Shown: positions 11,330 through 25,608 of the stretch, one piece after another | Numbering within the stretch: the first letter of the stretch is position 1 | How the letters are laid out: each line of letters opens with the position of its first letter | Assembly (NCBI RefSeq): GCF_018977255.1 | Contig: NW_024704743.1 | Span: 52,640,001 to 52,704,000 of the forward strand | Reading direction: 5' to 3' | Origin: Callorhinchus milii | Lineage: Eukaryota | DNA: 64,000 nt | Position numbers and translations under genes: made by a program | Notes under the pieces: model-generated | Told to the model about the DNA's origin: nothing | What the model saw: the letters and a program-made list of their open reading frames with translations, nothing else | Database searches by the model: none

Positions 11330-11680
11330 ACAATACAAATTTGCATTCATCTACTGCTGCTCACACCGGGAGGCTGTCCCAAGGTGCCACCTGAGCTGGA
11401 AGTGGGGGTCAATCGAGTGGGGAGGGGGGTAGAGTTTGACAAAGGCACGATCAAACAAGGTCTTTAGGTGGACCTTGAAGAAGGCGAAGTTGGAGTTGAA
11501 GGGACTCCGGGATGGAGTTCCAGAGAGTGGGGGCAGATACACTGAGAGCCCGACAACTGATGCTGGGTGAAGTAGGCAAGGGATGTGAAGCAGGCCAGTG
11601 CCCACTGAGTAGAGGGAGAGGCCGGGTTGGCAAGGACTGCGGAGGTCACAGAGGTAGACTGGGCCAAGGGATTTAAAGGT
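11330..11680 (-). mobile_element. L2 3'-end fragment
   Basis: 'RALSVSAPTLWNSIPESL' and 'FKVHLKTLFDRAF' on the minus strand, plus an L2 tail. Confidence 0.9.
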
Positions 11681-12011
11681 TAAGTACCAAATTTAACAAA
11701 TGAAAAATAAGATCTTGGCTTAACCTGTCAGTAACCTGTAAAGTAGCATTCGGATGCTGCCTGTATATTGATAGGAATACAGGAAAAGGATGAGGCCATT
11801 CAGGGCGTTAAGGCTGTTCCATCAGTTTATTAGATTTATTGTCATTTGTAATAGAGATGAGGGGATAACTATCATAATATGAACAGAGTGACCATAAGGA
11901 AAAAACACATCTTTCTTCTTTTGTTGCCTTTTCTGTTGCTAATTCTTACATTGCATCAGTAATGAAATGTTGCAAATATATACCTATAATAACCGCACCA
12001 TGTCAACCTAA

Positions 12012-12372
12012 GGTAGTTGGTAGCGCTCTGCCTCTGAGTCAGAAGGTTGTGGGTTCAAGCCACACGTAAGGACTTAATACTCCTATAATCTAAGATGACA
12101 TTCTAATGCAGCCCTGGGGGGGTGTTGTGTTGTTGGAGGTGCTTCAGATGAGATATTAACCCAAGGTCTTGTCTGTCTGTCCATCCATTCAAGACACTAT
12201 TTGAAAAGTAAAGGGAGTTTCTTCTATTTACTGGCCAAATAAAACTGGTCATTCACTTTGTAGCTGTTTCTAGGATATTATTATGTGCAAATTAGTTTCT
12301 GAGTTTGCCTACCAATCCCAAGTCACTCCATTTTACAATATATCCTGTGAATTACTTTAAGACATTCTTAAG
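12012..12372 (+). mobile_element. SINE family B (SacSINE1/Deu-like)
   Basis: AGTTGGTAGCGCTCTGCCTCTGAGTCAGAAGGTTGTGGGTTCAAGCC tRNA-like head, Deu-like core and L2-like tail. Confidence 0.85.
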
Positions 12373-12789
12373 ACAAACCAAACATAGAAATAGTTCTAAT
12401 GCATATGTCATACTCACAACAGTGGTTGCATATTGGGAGGTATTTAGTAAGGTCTTCTGTTGCAATATTTAAGAACATCATGATCCCATATTTTTTAAAT
12501 ATTAGAACTTATTATTAGAATAATATATTAGAATATTAATAAAACGTGTCCTTGCACAGTGTATATTTTTGTGGAATTTCAAAAAACTTGATACATTTTA
12601 AGTTTGTTTTCCAATTTCTGTTTCATGCAAAATTATTCTTCTCCAAATGCACTAACTCTTTTCGATGGGTTAGAGAAATACTTGATAGACAAAAAAGCAG
12701 CAAACATAATGCCCCACAACAGAAAATGGGCCACAGGTTGTGAAGTGTGTCTCTTGCACGACAACTCTATTAATATTCAAAATGACCTA

Positions 12790-13154
12790 ATAATTATAAT
12801 AATAATTCTTGCGTTTCATATAACACCTTATTACATTATTGAGACGACTTCAAGCATTTCACAGAGTAGATGGCAAAGTGAATTGATTGTATAGTTTGTG
12901 GGCGAAACTGGCAGCCAATTGCTCACAGCAGTGTCCCACAAACAATCGTGGATTAAGTGACCAACTTATTTATTTTTGGAAGAATTATTAACCCTGGAAA
13001 GCGATATGCTAATTGACTAACAACTGGGTTTCTACTTACTGCTAGGCAAAAAGGGATGGAGTAAGGAAACATGCCTAAGGTTTTGCCCCAGCCGTGATCG
13101 AACCCGGGTACTATCGCTTGTGAGGTGAGTGCTCAAACCAATATGCTACAGGAC
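12790..13154 (-). mobile_element. SINE family A, long form
   Basis: (AAT)n tail at left, tRNA-like head ending GCTACAGGAC at right. Confidence 0.9.
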
Positions 13155-13804
13155 CTGCTAGAACTAGGCTCTCAGGGCAGAGCTGAGATCTCTTGGGTCA
13201 GGGTGACATTGCTGGAGTCGCTGCAGGAGAGGTGTGTTATGTCTTGGGGTGCTTTTTCGAGATGAGGGACCACTTACTCTGTCTTTTTCCCGATGAGTAC
13301 TTTTGCAGACGCAGTTACGCAAATGTGTAATGTTTGGAGATTCCTACTATCGTCATGACGGACAGCACTTGCCAATGAAGAAAAGAGATTTTTTAAAACT
13401 AAATTATAGTTGTGAGCAGAGAGAGTCCGTCGAAGCACAAAGAGATTCGTACTGACACAGTTTACCTTCTACATGGCAGTGAGCTGCATGGTCTTCTAAA
13501 CATTTTCACTTCCTTCCACTTCAATTCTTTGGACAAAAAACAACCACGAATGGGACAGCCCCACACAATCAAACGATTAAATATATTTTGACAACTCAAA
13601 ATCTTTGTGAGGGCCATTTTTGGAAAAAATTGTTTCACAGTTTTACAGAGTCTTATATAGTATTAAACATTATCACTCCTGTATTGGATTATAATGTTTT
13701 ATTGTTAGTGGAGCTCAGCTGGCAGCACTCTTGCCTTTGAGTTTGAAGATGAGTGGTTATGTCATGGCTATTTGTGGGATATGGCTGTGTATATTTATAG
13801 CTCT

Positions 13805-14660
13805 GGATGAGTGCAAATTTAGTGCAGCTCTATGTGGACAAGACGGAAGCCGTACTCCTTGGCCCCTGTCAATGTCTTCACTCCTGCAGATCTAAATTCC
13901 TCAACCTCCCTGGGCTCTCCCTCACACACACCGAACCAGTGCACAATCTAAGCGTTCGGTTCGACCCCCACCTGTCCTTTCTCCCCCACATCCTGTCCCT
14001 GACCAGGACCACCTTCTTCCACCTACGCCACATTGCCCGCCTCCAACCGTACCTTACCACAAATGCAGCCGAAATCCTCGTGCATGCATTTGTCACCTCC
14101 CACTTGGATTACTCAAATGCACTTCTCGCCAGTCTCCCCAGCTCCACCATTCACAAGATCCAGCTGACTCAAAACTCTGTCGCCCGCATACTGACCCGAA
14201 CCAAGCTCCGTACCCACATCTCACCAGTTCTGGCCAGGCTCCACTGGCTCCCCATCACCAAACAGATCAACTTCAAGATCCTCACACTCGTGTTCAAATC
14301 CCTTCACTTCCTGGGACCTCCCTCCTTCTCCGACCTCCTGACTCCCTAATCCACCACCCGGCACCTCCGCGCAACTGGCACAGACCTCCTGCTCATCCCT
14401 CACACCCTCCGACCCATCTTCGGAGGTCGTGCTTTCAGCCACTACGCCCCAAAACTCTGGAACACTCTCCCTCAATCCCTCCATCTTGCCCCCTCTCTCC
14501 CTTTTTTCAAGTCCCGCCTGAAAACCTTGCTCTTCAACAGTACTTACGGTCACCTCCCCCTCCCCCCGGCTCAAAGTCAGGCTCCGCCACTGTTAAGTGC
14601 TCTGAGATGCTACCCTGCATGGAGGGAGCTATATAAATGCAAGTTGTTGTTGTTGTTATT
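13805..14660 (+). mobile_element. L2-clade LINE 3' part (RT C-terminus plus tail)
   Basis: ORF 13807-14349 contains 'FFHLRHIARLQPYLT...VHAFVTSHLDYSNALL...LHWLPITKQINFKILTLVFKSLH'. (GTT)n tail. Confidence 0.95.
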
Positions 14661-14941
14661 GGCTGCTGTGTTCACCTATAAAATTCACAATCACTACACT
14701 TTACAGTATATACTGTGAAGTGATTTGAGACATCTTCCCAGTGTGAAAGTGGATGCATCAAATTCAAGTTTTTTAAAATTGAAAATTGTGAATTATCATT
14801 GTTACCATTATTATAGTCTGGAATATGAGATATTTGTAGCATTTCAGTATCCATAATGTTACTAAATCACTTGTTGTTTAAAAGAAAATATTTTAAAGGT
14901 ATGAATATACTAAAGCAACAATGCAGCTTAAAAACATGCAA

Positions 14942-15245
14942 GGGTGGAAATTCCACCTGAGTCCAGATTTACTTTATTTGAAAATTAAAACAGAAGTTGC
15001 TGGGAACACTCAGCAGGTCAAGCAGCATCTATGGAGAGAGGAAAGTGAGTTAACGTTTCAGGTCGATGACCTTTTTACTTTATTTGTAAGCATTTTTGAG
15101 TATATCCAGAATTTGGCAAACTTAATACCAGACTTAATTTTGAAGCTGATATTCTGTATTCAGGGCCAAGACTGATTTCAATCATTTGCCAATTTGTGGA
15201 CGCTATTAAATTTAGCACACTTAGAGCCAGGTGGAATTTCTTCCC
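14942..15245. mobile_element. Fold-back MITE, copy 1 (carries a nested Penelope-type fragment)
   Basis: Termini GGGTGGAAATTCCACCTGAGTC and GAGCCAGGTGGAATTTCTTCCC are inverted repeats. Internal TATCCAGAATTTGGCAAA is shared with 33331. Confidence 0.75.
14979..15076 (-). mobile_element. Penelope-type terminal fragment, second copy, 5'-truncated hammerhead motif
   Basis: The minus strand reads AAGGTCATCGACCTGAAACGTTAACTC...CCATAGATGCTGCTTGACCTGCTG. Confidence 0.7.
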
Positions 15246-15254
15246 AATACATTT

Positions 15255-15790
15255 CACAGCATAGGAGTTCATTCAGCTCCTCATCTGTCCTGGTGCAAGT
15301 TCTTCCACAGGAACTATCTGCTCTAACATTCCTCTGCTCTTTCTCCATTTCCTTTCATATTATTTTTCCTCAAGTATTTATCTAATTATTTTTTAAATGC
15401 TGTTATGGACTTGGCCTCAGCAGCCATTTGTGGGAAGACATTCCACATACTAACAATCAGGCCACTATGTACAAAACAAAATCTAACTTCCCTTTTTTTC
15501 CTGGTGATAATTTTCAAATGATGCCCTCTTGTTATCATCTCGCTGCTCACTGGAGGGCTCTTTCATTTACCCTGTCAACACCATTGAAGCTCTTTAAAGT
15601 AATTTCTCCACTTCACCATTTCTGGCCCAGCGAAAATAGCTCCAAGTTTTCAGGTCTCCAAATAATTACAATCTCTCAACCCTCTAGTATCATCCTAGTA
15701 ATTCTCCACAGTACCCCCTCCATAACTATGATGTACTTTTGTAATGGGTTTCTGTAATTGGACACAATACTCCAACTTTAACTAACACAG
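15255..15790 (-). mobile_element. Decayed CR1 3' region
   Basis: Collinear with the CR1 copy at 43850-44400 (CCCTGTCAACACC..., AAAATAGCTCCAAG, ATCATCCTAGTAA, GGACACAATACTCCAAC). Confidence 0.7.
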
Positions 15791-15799
15791 AGGCACACA

Positions 15800-16140
15800 A
15801 ATCCCTCAAACTCTAGCACCGCCTTCTCTCTCTGACCAGCTCTGATCGTTCAAATAACACAGGCCAGCAAAACATCCCCTGACCCCTCCACACCACTATC
15901 GTTGGTCATGTCTTTAGTCACTATGCCCCTAACCTCTGGAACTCCCAGCCGTAATCCCTCTGCCTCGCTCCCCCTTTGTCTATCTTTAAATCCCACTGTA
16001 AGACCTACTTCTTAAACTACACCTTTGGCCACCTCCCCCTCGTACTCCTGTGCTCAGTGTCCAACCCCGTCACTGTGCAGTCCTCCGTGAAGCTATCCTG
16101 CATGAAGGGCACTATATAAATGCAAGTGGCTGTTGTTGTA
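15800..16140 (+). mobile_element. Decayed L2 3' end
   Basis: CCTAACCTCTGGAACTCC, AAGACCTACTTC, and tail GGGCACTATATAAATGCAAG...GTTGTTG. Confidence 0.8.
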
Positions 16141-19100
16141 ATGTCTTGTATAAATTTAACTCCATCCCAATGCTCTTGAATTCAAAGCCCCTGTGCATAA
16201 AATGTCGAATTCCATTTGTTTTTGTACTTTTTTTGTCAGCCGGCTTCTGACAGATTTGGAAACTCATCACCATGCTTAAGAGCATCCAAACAAGATAAAG
16301 TTCCAAATATGTATGTTACTTACATACTGAATATAAATTTCCCAGTAGTTGGAATGGAATTCACACTTTCTCCTTCGAGGGATGTATTCTGCTTCCCTAA
16401 TTGCAGAGAATAGTAACTGCATTTGTAGGAAAACATAGCAGCCAGTTTGTGCACAGCAATGTTCCAACGTTCCATCAACAGTCACAAAGTGGATCATCAG
16501 CTGGCCAGGGGGCCATCCGACCAATTTTAATGCCCTGACTGCTATCGCTTGTGGGATCAGCTAACTCAACACAAACTGGATCTTTATAGTATGACACTGG
16601 ATGTTTCATTTCCTCTTCATTGGCAAGTCATAATGATCAGGCAGGTGTCTTTCAGGCTCCTGGGGAGGGGGCCGTTTAACATTGCAGTTGTAATTCATCG
16701 TCCATTCTTCAGTAACTTTGTAGACAGAAGGGGCACCTGCTGGTCCTCTTTTAGTCTAGAGTGAGTGACTGTGAGAGAAATACAATTTAACGAGACATTA
16801 GAGCAAAATTGCATATCAAGGACACTTTTTTTCCTGCAAAGATAACAAACCAGTTTTGGTTAGCTTCTCTTTTCTTTTGTAATCCCCCTGCGTGGGAGGT
16901 GGTTACTTTTGCCTGACTGCTTTCTTTATCATTGTAACACAATCTAAGGTTACTTAGACTGTGGGTGACAGGTTGGTCTGCACAATTCTGTCTTCACGGA
17001 AGATGGGCTGGTGATGACACAGGAAAGGGGAGGGAGACTGCAGGCCAGCTAAATTGTGGGCGCAGCGGTGCCTCAGTGTTGGCAAGTGCTAGGGTGGCTG
17101 CAGACAGGCTGGCCTCTTGACATTAACATTTGGTTGATTTTGAAGCTTTCATTGTAAATTAGAAATCAATTAATCTCTCCGATCCTTTATTATTTCTTTA
17201 ATCAGTCCTGCGGTAATTTTTACACAGTGTGGAAATCTTTCTTTAAGAATTGTAACAATGAGGACATGCAGGGCCCTGGTTTGCCTACCGACAATGTCAG
17301 ATTATACATTTACACTGCACTTACATAACAACCCTAGCTACACCATGCAGATCATTCAGCTTTTGCGTGGTTGTGTGTTATCGTGAGGTTTTGTTTAGTC
17401 CACAAAATTACCGAGAAATGTGCAGTGTTTGCATGTGGCTGTTCGCTTATTTGCACACTTGGAAAGAACTGTGCCTAGACGGGAGCTTCCATATTCTGCT
17501 GACTGCCGTCTTGTTTTTTTTAAACTTCTCTGCCGTGGCTGAAGCAATAAACATGTTGAAACACTATGTAATGTGTTACATTCTGTACCTGCTCTCGGTC
17601 TGTAAAACAAAGTCTAGGCAAATAATGTCAGATTATGCCCAATGAAATTTATTCTTTGTTCCTTGTTGGTTTTATAGTTTTGGACCTAAATACACATTGA
17701 GGTAATTTCCCATTTCGTCTAGTCTGTAAAAAAAAATTTGCTGGTCTGAATTGGTTGAGACAGAACTACCGTGGTTATATCTCTAAGTCTGTGGTCTTGG
17801 ATTTCTCTCCTTTCCTCAATTTATTGATTGTCAGTTTAGGCTATTTCCCCCAGTTTTCTCCTCTATCTGACTCACCTTTCTCTGTTCTCTCCTGAAAGTA
17901 AGGACTCTAGTTGGGGTGTTTCCATGAATGTATATGCAGGCTGTGATACCAACAACAACAACTTGCATTTATATTGCGTCCTTCATTCGGAGTAGCATCC
18001 TGGAGTGCTTGATACCTTATCAAAGTAAGTTTCTTCAAAACTTCAAAATGAGTTTTGCTTCAGTTTTCAACCATCATAGCAAAACATTCACACTCTCTGC
18101 CAGTAGTCATTGGATACTGATCAGCCCAGGCTTGTTGCCCCCCTACCCCGCACCACCTTATGTCAAAGGACACTAATGCTGCATTTATATTGATAGAGCA
18201 AAGCTGCTTTGTACTGAATTGGGCCTGATAAACCCAAATACCCTGATGCATGTGTTGAATATTGTACCAGGTGTTTACTTTTTTAGTACATTTAAAGAGC
18301 TAGTTGTGCAATCAAATCTTCAATAACAAAACAATATGTTCAAAACTCCTGAACTGAGCATTAAACAATGTAATGGGGTGTGAGCCCAGTGCAATCTATG
18401 TTGTTTATACTGCAATGAAGTACAGTTCCCTCTGAGACATGTGTTTCAAGATTGAAAAGCCCTAGCGTATCTAATTGTTGCTCAGATAATGCAGATCTTC
18501 CCCAGGACTACGATGGAGTGTCATACAAGACAGAGCTCAAAGTCTCATTGTGGAGCTTAAATTTACTCAATAACCTTCTGACTCAGAGGCTGGAGTGCTA
18601 CCAACTGAGCCAGACTGATACCAAAAAGACCATTTAAAAAGCTCCAACACAGACCCTAGGGTCCCAAGTAAAATCCTGTGAAGCTCTTTGAGACATCTCG
18701 ACAACGTGATAAGGCACTTTATTAAATGCAAGGATTATTATTACTATTATTAAACAAGCAAACCCAGATAGAGGAGAAACAGCAAAACCTGAAAAGATCA
18801 AATTTATTATTCCTCAGATTAATTTGAAAGATCCCAGTTCATGTTGCTGTAGATTCTGAATTTGACATTGTCTTGGGATTTGTGTGTTTTGACCTGACAT
18901 GTATAGGAAGCCCTTGTTGTGTATAAGAGCCCATAATTTCAGGGATGGATGGAGACCTCACAGAAGAAGTTTCTCTTCAGCAGCTTTGGAGTGTGTAATC
19001 TCTCTCTGGAGGGAGGGCGACACACACACCACTTGCCTATTTCTGTAGAAAAACCCGGAGAACACTGATGTAAATTGAGAGAAGCATCAGAACTGGAGTA

Positions 19101-19280
19101 TTGCTAGAACTGAACAAACTAAAACCACAGATTACGAATACAAGACATCGGTATACTTCCTGTTGTTTGTCAATTTCGGCCTAACCTACTCATTAGGGTG
19201 TTAGTTTGCAGGCTATATCTACCAAGTTTCACTGATGTGTCAATCATTCTTACAGGACTCCACTCTTATCACCATGGAGT

Positions 19281-19630
19281 GGAGTCCTGTACTCACCTCA
19301 CAAGTGAGAGCACCCAGTTTCAATTCCCGGATGGGATGAAACTTAGGCAAGTTTCCTTATTCTACATGGTTCTGTTTACCAAGCAGTAAGTAGGAACTCA
19401 GTTGTTAGTTGATTGGTGGATTGTTTTTCCAGCAGTAATAATTCTTTCAAAAAAAGGAATAATTTTGTCACTCAATCCATGACTGTTTGTGGGACACTGC
19501 TGGGTGCAATTGGCTGCCGCATTTCGCCCAGAAAATATACAGTCAATTTACTGTATATTCTGTGAAACGCTTTGAGACGTTGCAACGATGTGATAAGGTG
19601 CTATATCAAATGCTAGGATTATTATTATTA
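19281..19630 (+). mobile_element. SINE family A, long form
   Basis: GGAGTCCTGTA head (partly deleted), GTTTACCAAGCAGTAAGTAGGAAC segment and (ATT)n tail. Confidence 0.9.
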
Positions 19631-22600
19631 TGGAATCAATGACACCCCAGAGAGCCACCATGCATCCCGTTCCTCTCCTGGAATTATTTCCTAGAATTGC
19701 TCAGGAAGAGACAAATTTGGTGAAGGCTGTGATGGATTTCTCACATGTCTAGCAAACCACTTAACATTATCTGAAGAAGAATATTGCTGCTTCTCTATTT
19801 CTTCATCATCAATAATACAGCTGCATTTTTTAAAAAAATACCCCGGTACTATAATGATCCTTGTATTTGATTTAGCGCTTCATCAAGTTGTTGAGATGTC
19901 TCACAAGATATACAGTACTGTAAAGAGCAGTGGTTGGGCTTATGTTGTGGTATTCTTTTGGCGGTAGGCATAAAATATAATCCTTACACTTGATATAGCG
20001 CCTCAGGAGAAGATCTCAAAGGGCTTCACAGGTTTTTACTGTGAAGTGTAGTGACTGCATATTTTGTAAGCAAACATGGCAGCCAATTTGCACACAAAAT
20101 ACACAGTCACTCCAATTTATAGTAAATTCTGTAAACAACAACAACAACTTGGATTTATATAGCATCCTCCATGCCAGACGGCGTCTCAAAGCGCTTTACA
20201 GCCCTTTAGGACATCCTCCTGATGTGAAAGGCGCTACATCTAAATGAAAAGATTATTATTCTTATAACTGTAACCTACAAATAGCCACAAAGTGAGTGAC
20301 CAATTGCATCAGGAGATTGTTGTCCAGGACACCATGAGAAATGCTCTTTTTGAATAGTGGCAAAGGATCGAGGTAGACTCTGGTCTTTGGGGTGAGGGGT
20401 TCAATCGGGAACCCAGTAATGACTAAGTTGATCACTTTTGTGGTCAGTGCAGCAATGTTATTACCACAGATAATATCAAATGTCTGATCTATGAATTCCA
20501 AGTCCCAAAATAGAGCTTGAACCCCAAACCGTCTTACTCAGTGGCAAGAGTGCTACACTTGAGCCAAGCTGATGCACAATAGTATTGGATATTACATTCC
20601 CCCTCCTCCCCTCCCAATTAGTGACAAGCAAAAAGACAGGAAAAGAATCACTGACACAACAATACATAAGAACATAAGAAGTTTCTAGGCAAAAGCAGAC
20701 CAAGGTACATCCAGTTTGCCTTTTCACCATCCTGGCAGTCGCTTGACATGTTGTGTTCCAACCTATATATTTGATCCCAAGATATTATTTTCTAACAGAA
20801 ACCTAACTAATTTGTTCTTGAAACAAACAACACTTTCTACTTCCGCCGTTGAATTCCGACAGGGTCTTCTTACCAATGATATTTGAATGAGTGGGAATTC
20901 CAGCTTTAATGCATTGAGATTTCCGTGCCCTTGTCAGATCTGGTGTAAATATCATTTTTGGCTCTAAGCCAGATGTAAAGTTTGCCTCAAAGCTTTTGAC
21001 TAGAAGACTAATAAGTAAAGACTGCTTAGCAAAGATTAACTAGATATACATTTGTTTAAATTAGTGGGCTCAACTTTTTCTTTGGTGCAGCTGTACAGAC
21101 ACGGACAGTGCCTACAGAATGATACTCAATGATATTTACACCCACTTTGTAGCATAATTACGTTTGCAAACTTTCCTCCCAAATTTGTTCCAGCACTAAA
21201 CAAGGCCAGCTAGTATTAGTGAACTCAAGGAATGTATTAATCAGAGGCTGGTTGGTTATATTAACACCTCTGCAATGTGTTATCATTTCTGTTTCCCAGT
21301 GCCAAAGACAGAAAACAAGACCTCATAATAATAAAAGGTGATACAGCCTTTGATCAATAAAAACCTTATAATGGGTTGGTTTTATGAATACATATATCTA
21401 TTTAGATGCTGCTTTTTGGGAGATTTATGCTATTTATTTTAATCATTTGTTGCCTTGGGAAAAATGCTACTTCCAGAACTTGAGTCTAATTTATAATCCT
21501 CTGATATGAAACAAAAATGCAAGCAAATCATGTTCCTTTCATTTTATTTCCCACAGCAACAAATGCCTCTGTTAATTTTTTAACACTCGATTCTTTCATG
21601 GTGAGAGTTTTAAGCAGTTTGAGCATGGCATCGAGTCAGAAGATAATGTCTCTCTGTTGCTGAGCTTGGAGTTAAAGTTGCAGGCTGGCTTGAAGATTGT
21701 CAGCTGGCAGCACTACGTGTCTGGAAGCATGGTAACAACTAAGCATTGGCACGTCACCACACCATTTAGATGATCCTTCAATGACTGAAGTTACCTGAAG
21801 ATCGTCAGGCCAGGTTTGACAAGCTGCATCCAGTGCAGAGGCAGCACAATGTGTGAGCTGGATTTTAGACATCATGTCGACACAAGTGGCGACACGCTGA
21901 CTCAATCCAGCCATATGTTTACTAAATAGTGCCAATCCAAACTGGATGGAGCCTCAGAGTGGATCAACTCCAGTTTGGAAAGAGACCTGAGATTTTTCCG
22001 TTCTGTATCAAATGGATCTTTACATCTCCGCCAAATCACAATCTAGCTGTCCAAACCAATCCAGGAACAGGGAGGAAGGGATTAGTAGCTCCAACACTGG
22101 GATGCAGAGCTCTGTATTTGAACTCTTATTACTGTAATGCCAATTTTGTTCAGTACATTAGCTTCTGGGGATTGCTTCTAGTCCAGCAATACTACTTTTT
22201 ATCATCACTGGAGAATGAGGCAGACAAAAATTAGCTGTCCTGTGAGTATACATTTCACATGTGTATGTATGTGTGTATGTATATGTGTATATATATGCGC
22301 AATGTATGTGGTATGGGTGTTTGTTCATGATTGATTGAAGTACCTTTTGATAAAATAGGCTGAAAAATGTAATTCCATAATATCACTGGGACACACCACA
22401 AGTGAACACCCTGATATTTGCCAATGGTCAGTCCAATGGATCTGTCCAAGAGAATGTCCTCTCCAAAATACCTAAGAGCAGCATTTCAATCTGGACAATA
22501 GCAAACTGATTAAAATAAGTGAGTTTCCTCTAACTTAATGGAAATTTGCTTAATTAACATCAGGTTGGAGGAAGCACTGAGTTATCAAAAATTCAAAATG

Positions 22601-22785
22601 GGGGTGGCAGTGTCAGCAGCCTTTAGAGCAGGTCGGAGGCCATGCTAACTGACAGGTAAGTGAACGGCATCAAAATTAGGGTATTGCATGAACAATCACA
22701 CGGAACACGTTATGAAATGTCACAAATGTTACCCCTATATTGTAATGAACAAAAAGGCAAACATAGCGGTCTCTATTGATGCAGA

Positions 22786-23013
<228 letters not shown>

Positions 23014-23434
23014 AAAGGATTTTGGCTAACAAACACGTGCTCCGATCTTTTTACTCCATGGAGTGCAGCGATTCTGCCAGCTCATTTACAGTAACAACAA
23101 CAACTTGCATTTATGTAGCACCCTTCACTCGGTGCAGCATCTCCGAGTGCTTATGATGTATGGCATTGAAGTGACCAGGTCTGGGTTAGTTTACATCAAG
23201 TGGAACAAAACCAAGAATACAAGTCAGTTCAGTACATTTATGTCATGTCTCTTCATCATGACTGTGTGCAACTGGCTGCCATGTACAGTCAATGCACAAA
23301 GTGCTCCAGGACGCTACCCCGTGTGAAAGGCGCTATATAAATGCAAGTTGTTGTTGTTGTTATTTACAATATATTCTATGAAGCGCTTTGAGACGTCTCG
23401 AGGATGTGATTAGGCACACTATAAAATGCGAGGA

Positions 23435-23468
<34 letters not shown>

Positions 23469-25608
23469 CAACTGCAGAGCAGTTAGCATCACCAGCCAAG
23501 TGAACAACACCAACTTTCCAAACCATGTACGTGCAGCTGGAAAACTAAACCGAACGACAGATGAAGTTTGTTTTCACTTTTCAAGCAGTCTTGTAGCAGC
23601 TTGTTCACCTCTGAGAATTCCCTTCATCATATAATTGGGTCCAACCAGAAACAGCACATGGCCTTTTGCTGGAGAATTCTGATGGCTCATAATCTGTACG
23701 TGGAATAATGCCTCTTTTGTGCTTCACTGAAATAGATGAAATGTGAGCAGGACGCTACCAACTCTAGCCCATGATCATCACACTTCAAATTAAAAATCCC
23801 GTGCTTCCATGAGAGCACTTTGCATCTGTTGTGAGAGAGAGAGAGAGCAAGATACCTGCACTTATCTACAGGAACATAAATAAACTTGTGCTAATTTATG
23901 CCTGCCAGGTTATTGAAATCATGGGCCTCTCACACTGTGCAGTGCAGAGCGAGAGAAAAAAAAGGAGTTGTGCCATGAAAAATGGAAAAGGTGGCATTAA
24001 AGCAACCCGAGGTACTTGTTTGCCTTCACGATGAAGGGTGCCTTGTTTCCAGAATGCCAAACAGAAAGTGCAAAGTTCCCAGTGGCTATAATCTCCATTT
24101 GGCTGATCATTTTAAGGTTAGTGTCAGGCATTTGGCCTTCTTCCCAGCCACTGCTTTACCCTGAGAAAATAGATTTAGTCAGACATGCAGACATCATTGC
24201 TGGCCCTCACATTCCTAACATTTTACTCCAGATTAAAGCGAAATGGTTCTAGTGTTTACTGAAATCTCCTAGGTGTTGCATTTTTTTTCACGGCTGTTTT
24301 CAACCAGGTCGAGTACCTAAGGCCAAGACCTCCTAGGGTCTAGCATTCTTTGAACACTGTGAGGGGAAATGTATAGTATTTATGTCAACTTTTGATGTAA
24401 ATACATATCAATGACACTCATACTGTCTTCGTCCGACTAAAATGGCAATTCACCTTATTTGATTGTCCTGATCCTGTAGCTAGGACAGAACGAGGAACAT
24501 TGATCACATACATTCCACTGAAAGTGAAAAGTTAATCTGCTTAAAAGGGATAAACGCACAATTGACTGTGACTCATATCACCAGGAAGTCAAGGAAACAA
24601 ACTGAGAGGACATCAATACCTATTCTTACTTATTGTAAATACACAGTAAACCCTTAAATAAAACTCCAAACAGCTTATTTATCCCCGGCTTTAATAGGCA
24701 AATTGTGCATTTTTATGTGGACTACCCATGATGTGTAATCGAAGTTCATGCTTGCCAGTAATGACTACAACCCTTTACCATATCCTAGCAACAGCTCGGG
24801 TCAGTCCAAGTCAGGGAAAAAATAATATGATATTCATAATACTTCAGAATACTCTGTAACAATTTATGGGACCAAAATGGGGGTTGGTGGGGCTGTAATT
24901 GGAGAACACTGTGCTAAATATGGCAACTGGAAGAAAAAGCACATCCATTAGAGATGTAAATAGAAACAGAAATAGGAGTAATTTAATATGTGTTTAATTG
25001 ACTATATTTTTAACCATTTCCTCCTAAAAAAAATTTCAGTTTTATGCTTTTTTGGTTGATCTTAATATTAACACTGCTGTCTTCAACATTTATTCATTTC
25101 TGTCATTATTCTCACCATTTCTCTCACTCTCTATTTGCCCAACTTTTATCTTTGTTCTGCACTTGGTAAGTCCTATTAAAAGCACTTCTCACACACACTG
25201 GTGTAAACATTCCCTTAAAGAGGCATTCTCACCTTACGCTAACTGAGGGTCATGAAATGGAGTGATTGGTGATGTGTTTATTATCATTTTGATTAAAATG
25301 TAAATCAAACATGAATAAAAAAAAGTTGAAAGGTTTGTGCCACAAAATGTTCAGCCGTTGGTGCTGTGCTACCATTCTGCAGCCTTTTAACGTTCAGCTT
25401 AATGTGGCAGTTTGAGGTGAAATTTCCTGGAACTCAAAGCCTGCGCAAAAACATCCGAGCCTGACAGTCTTTTAAAAAATATATAATGGAGTTGTACAAG
25501 TTCTCTACAAACCCTGGATCCATCTGGTGCTGATCAAGAATGTTCATTTTAAGTAATGAAAAGTTAATGTCATTCCCCATCTTTATCTATCTTTAAATCC
25601 CACCTTAC

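Noticed and set aside
13807..14349. 180-aa ORF as a host gene
   Set aside because: Truncated L2 reverse-transcriptase C-terminus with a premature stop.
20942..21142. 15-bp inverted match GGTGTAAATATCATT / AATGATATTTACACC
   Set aside because: Does not extend convincingly, and no second copy or target-site duplication was seen.
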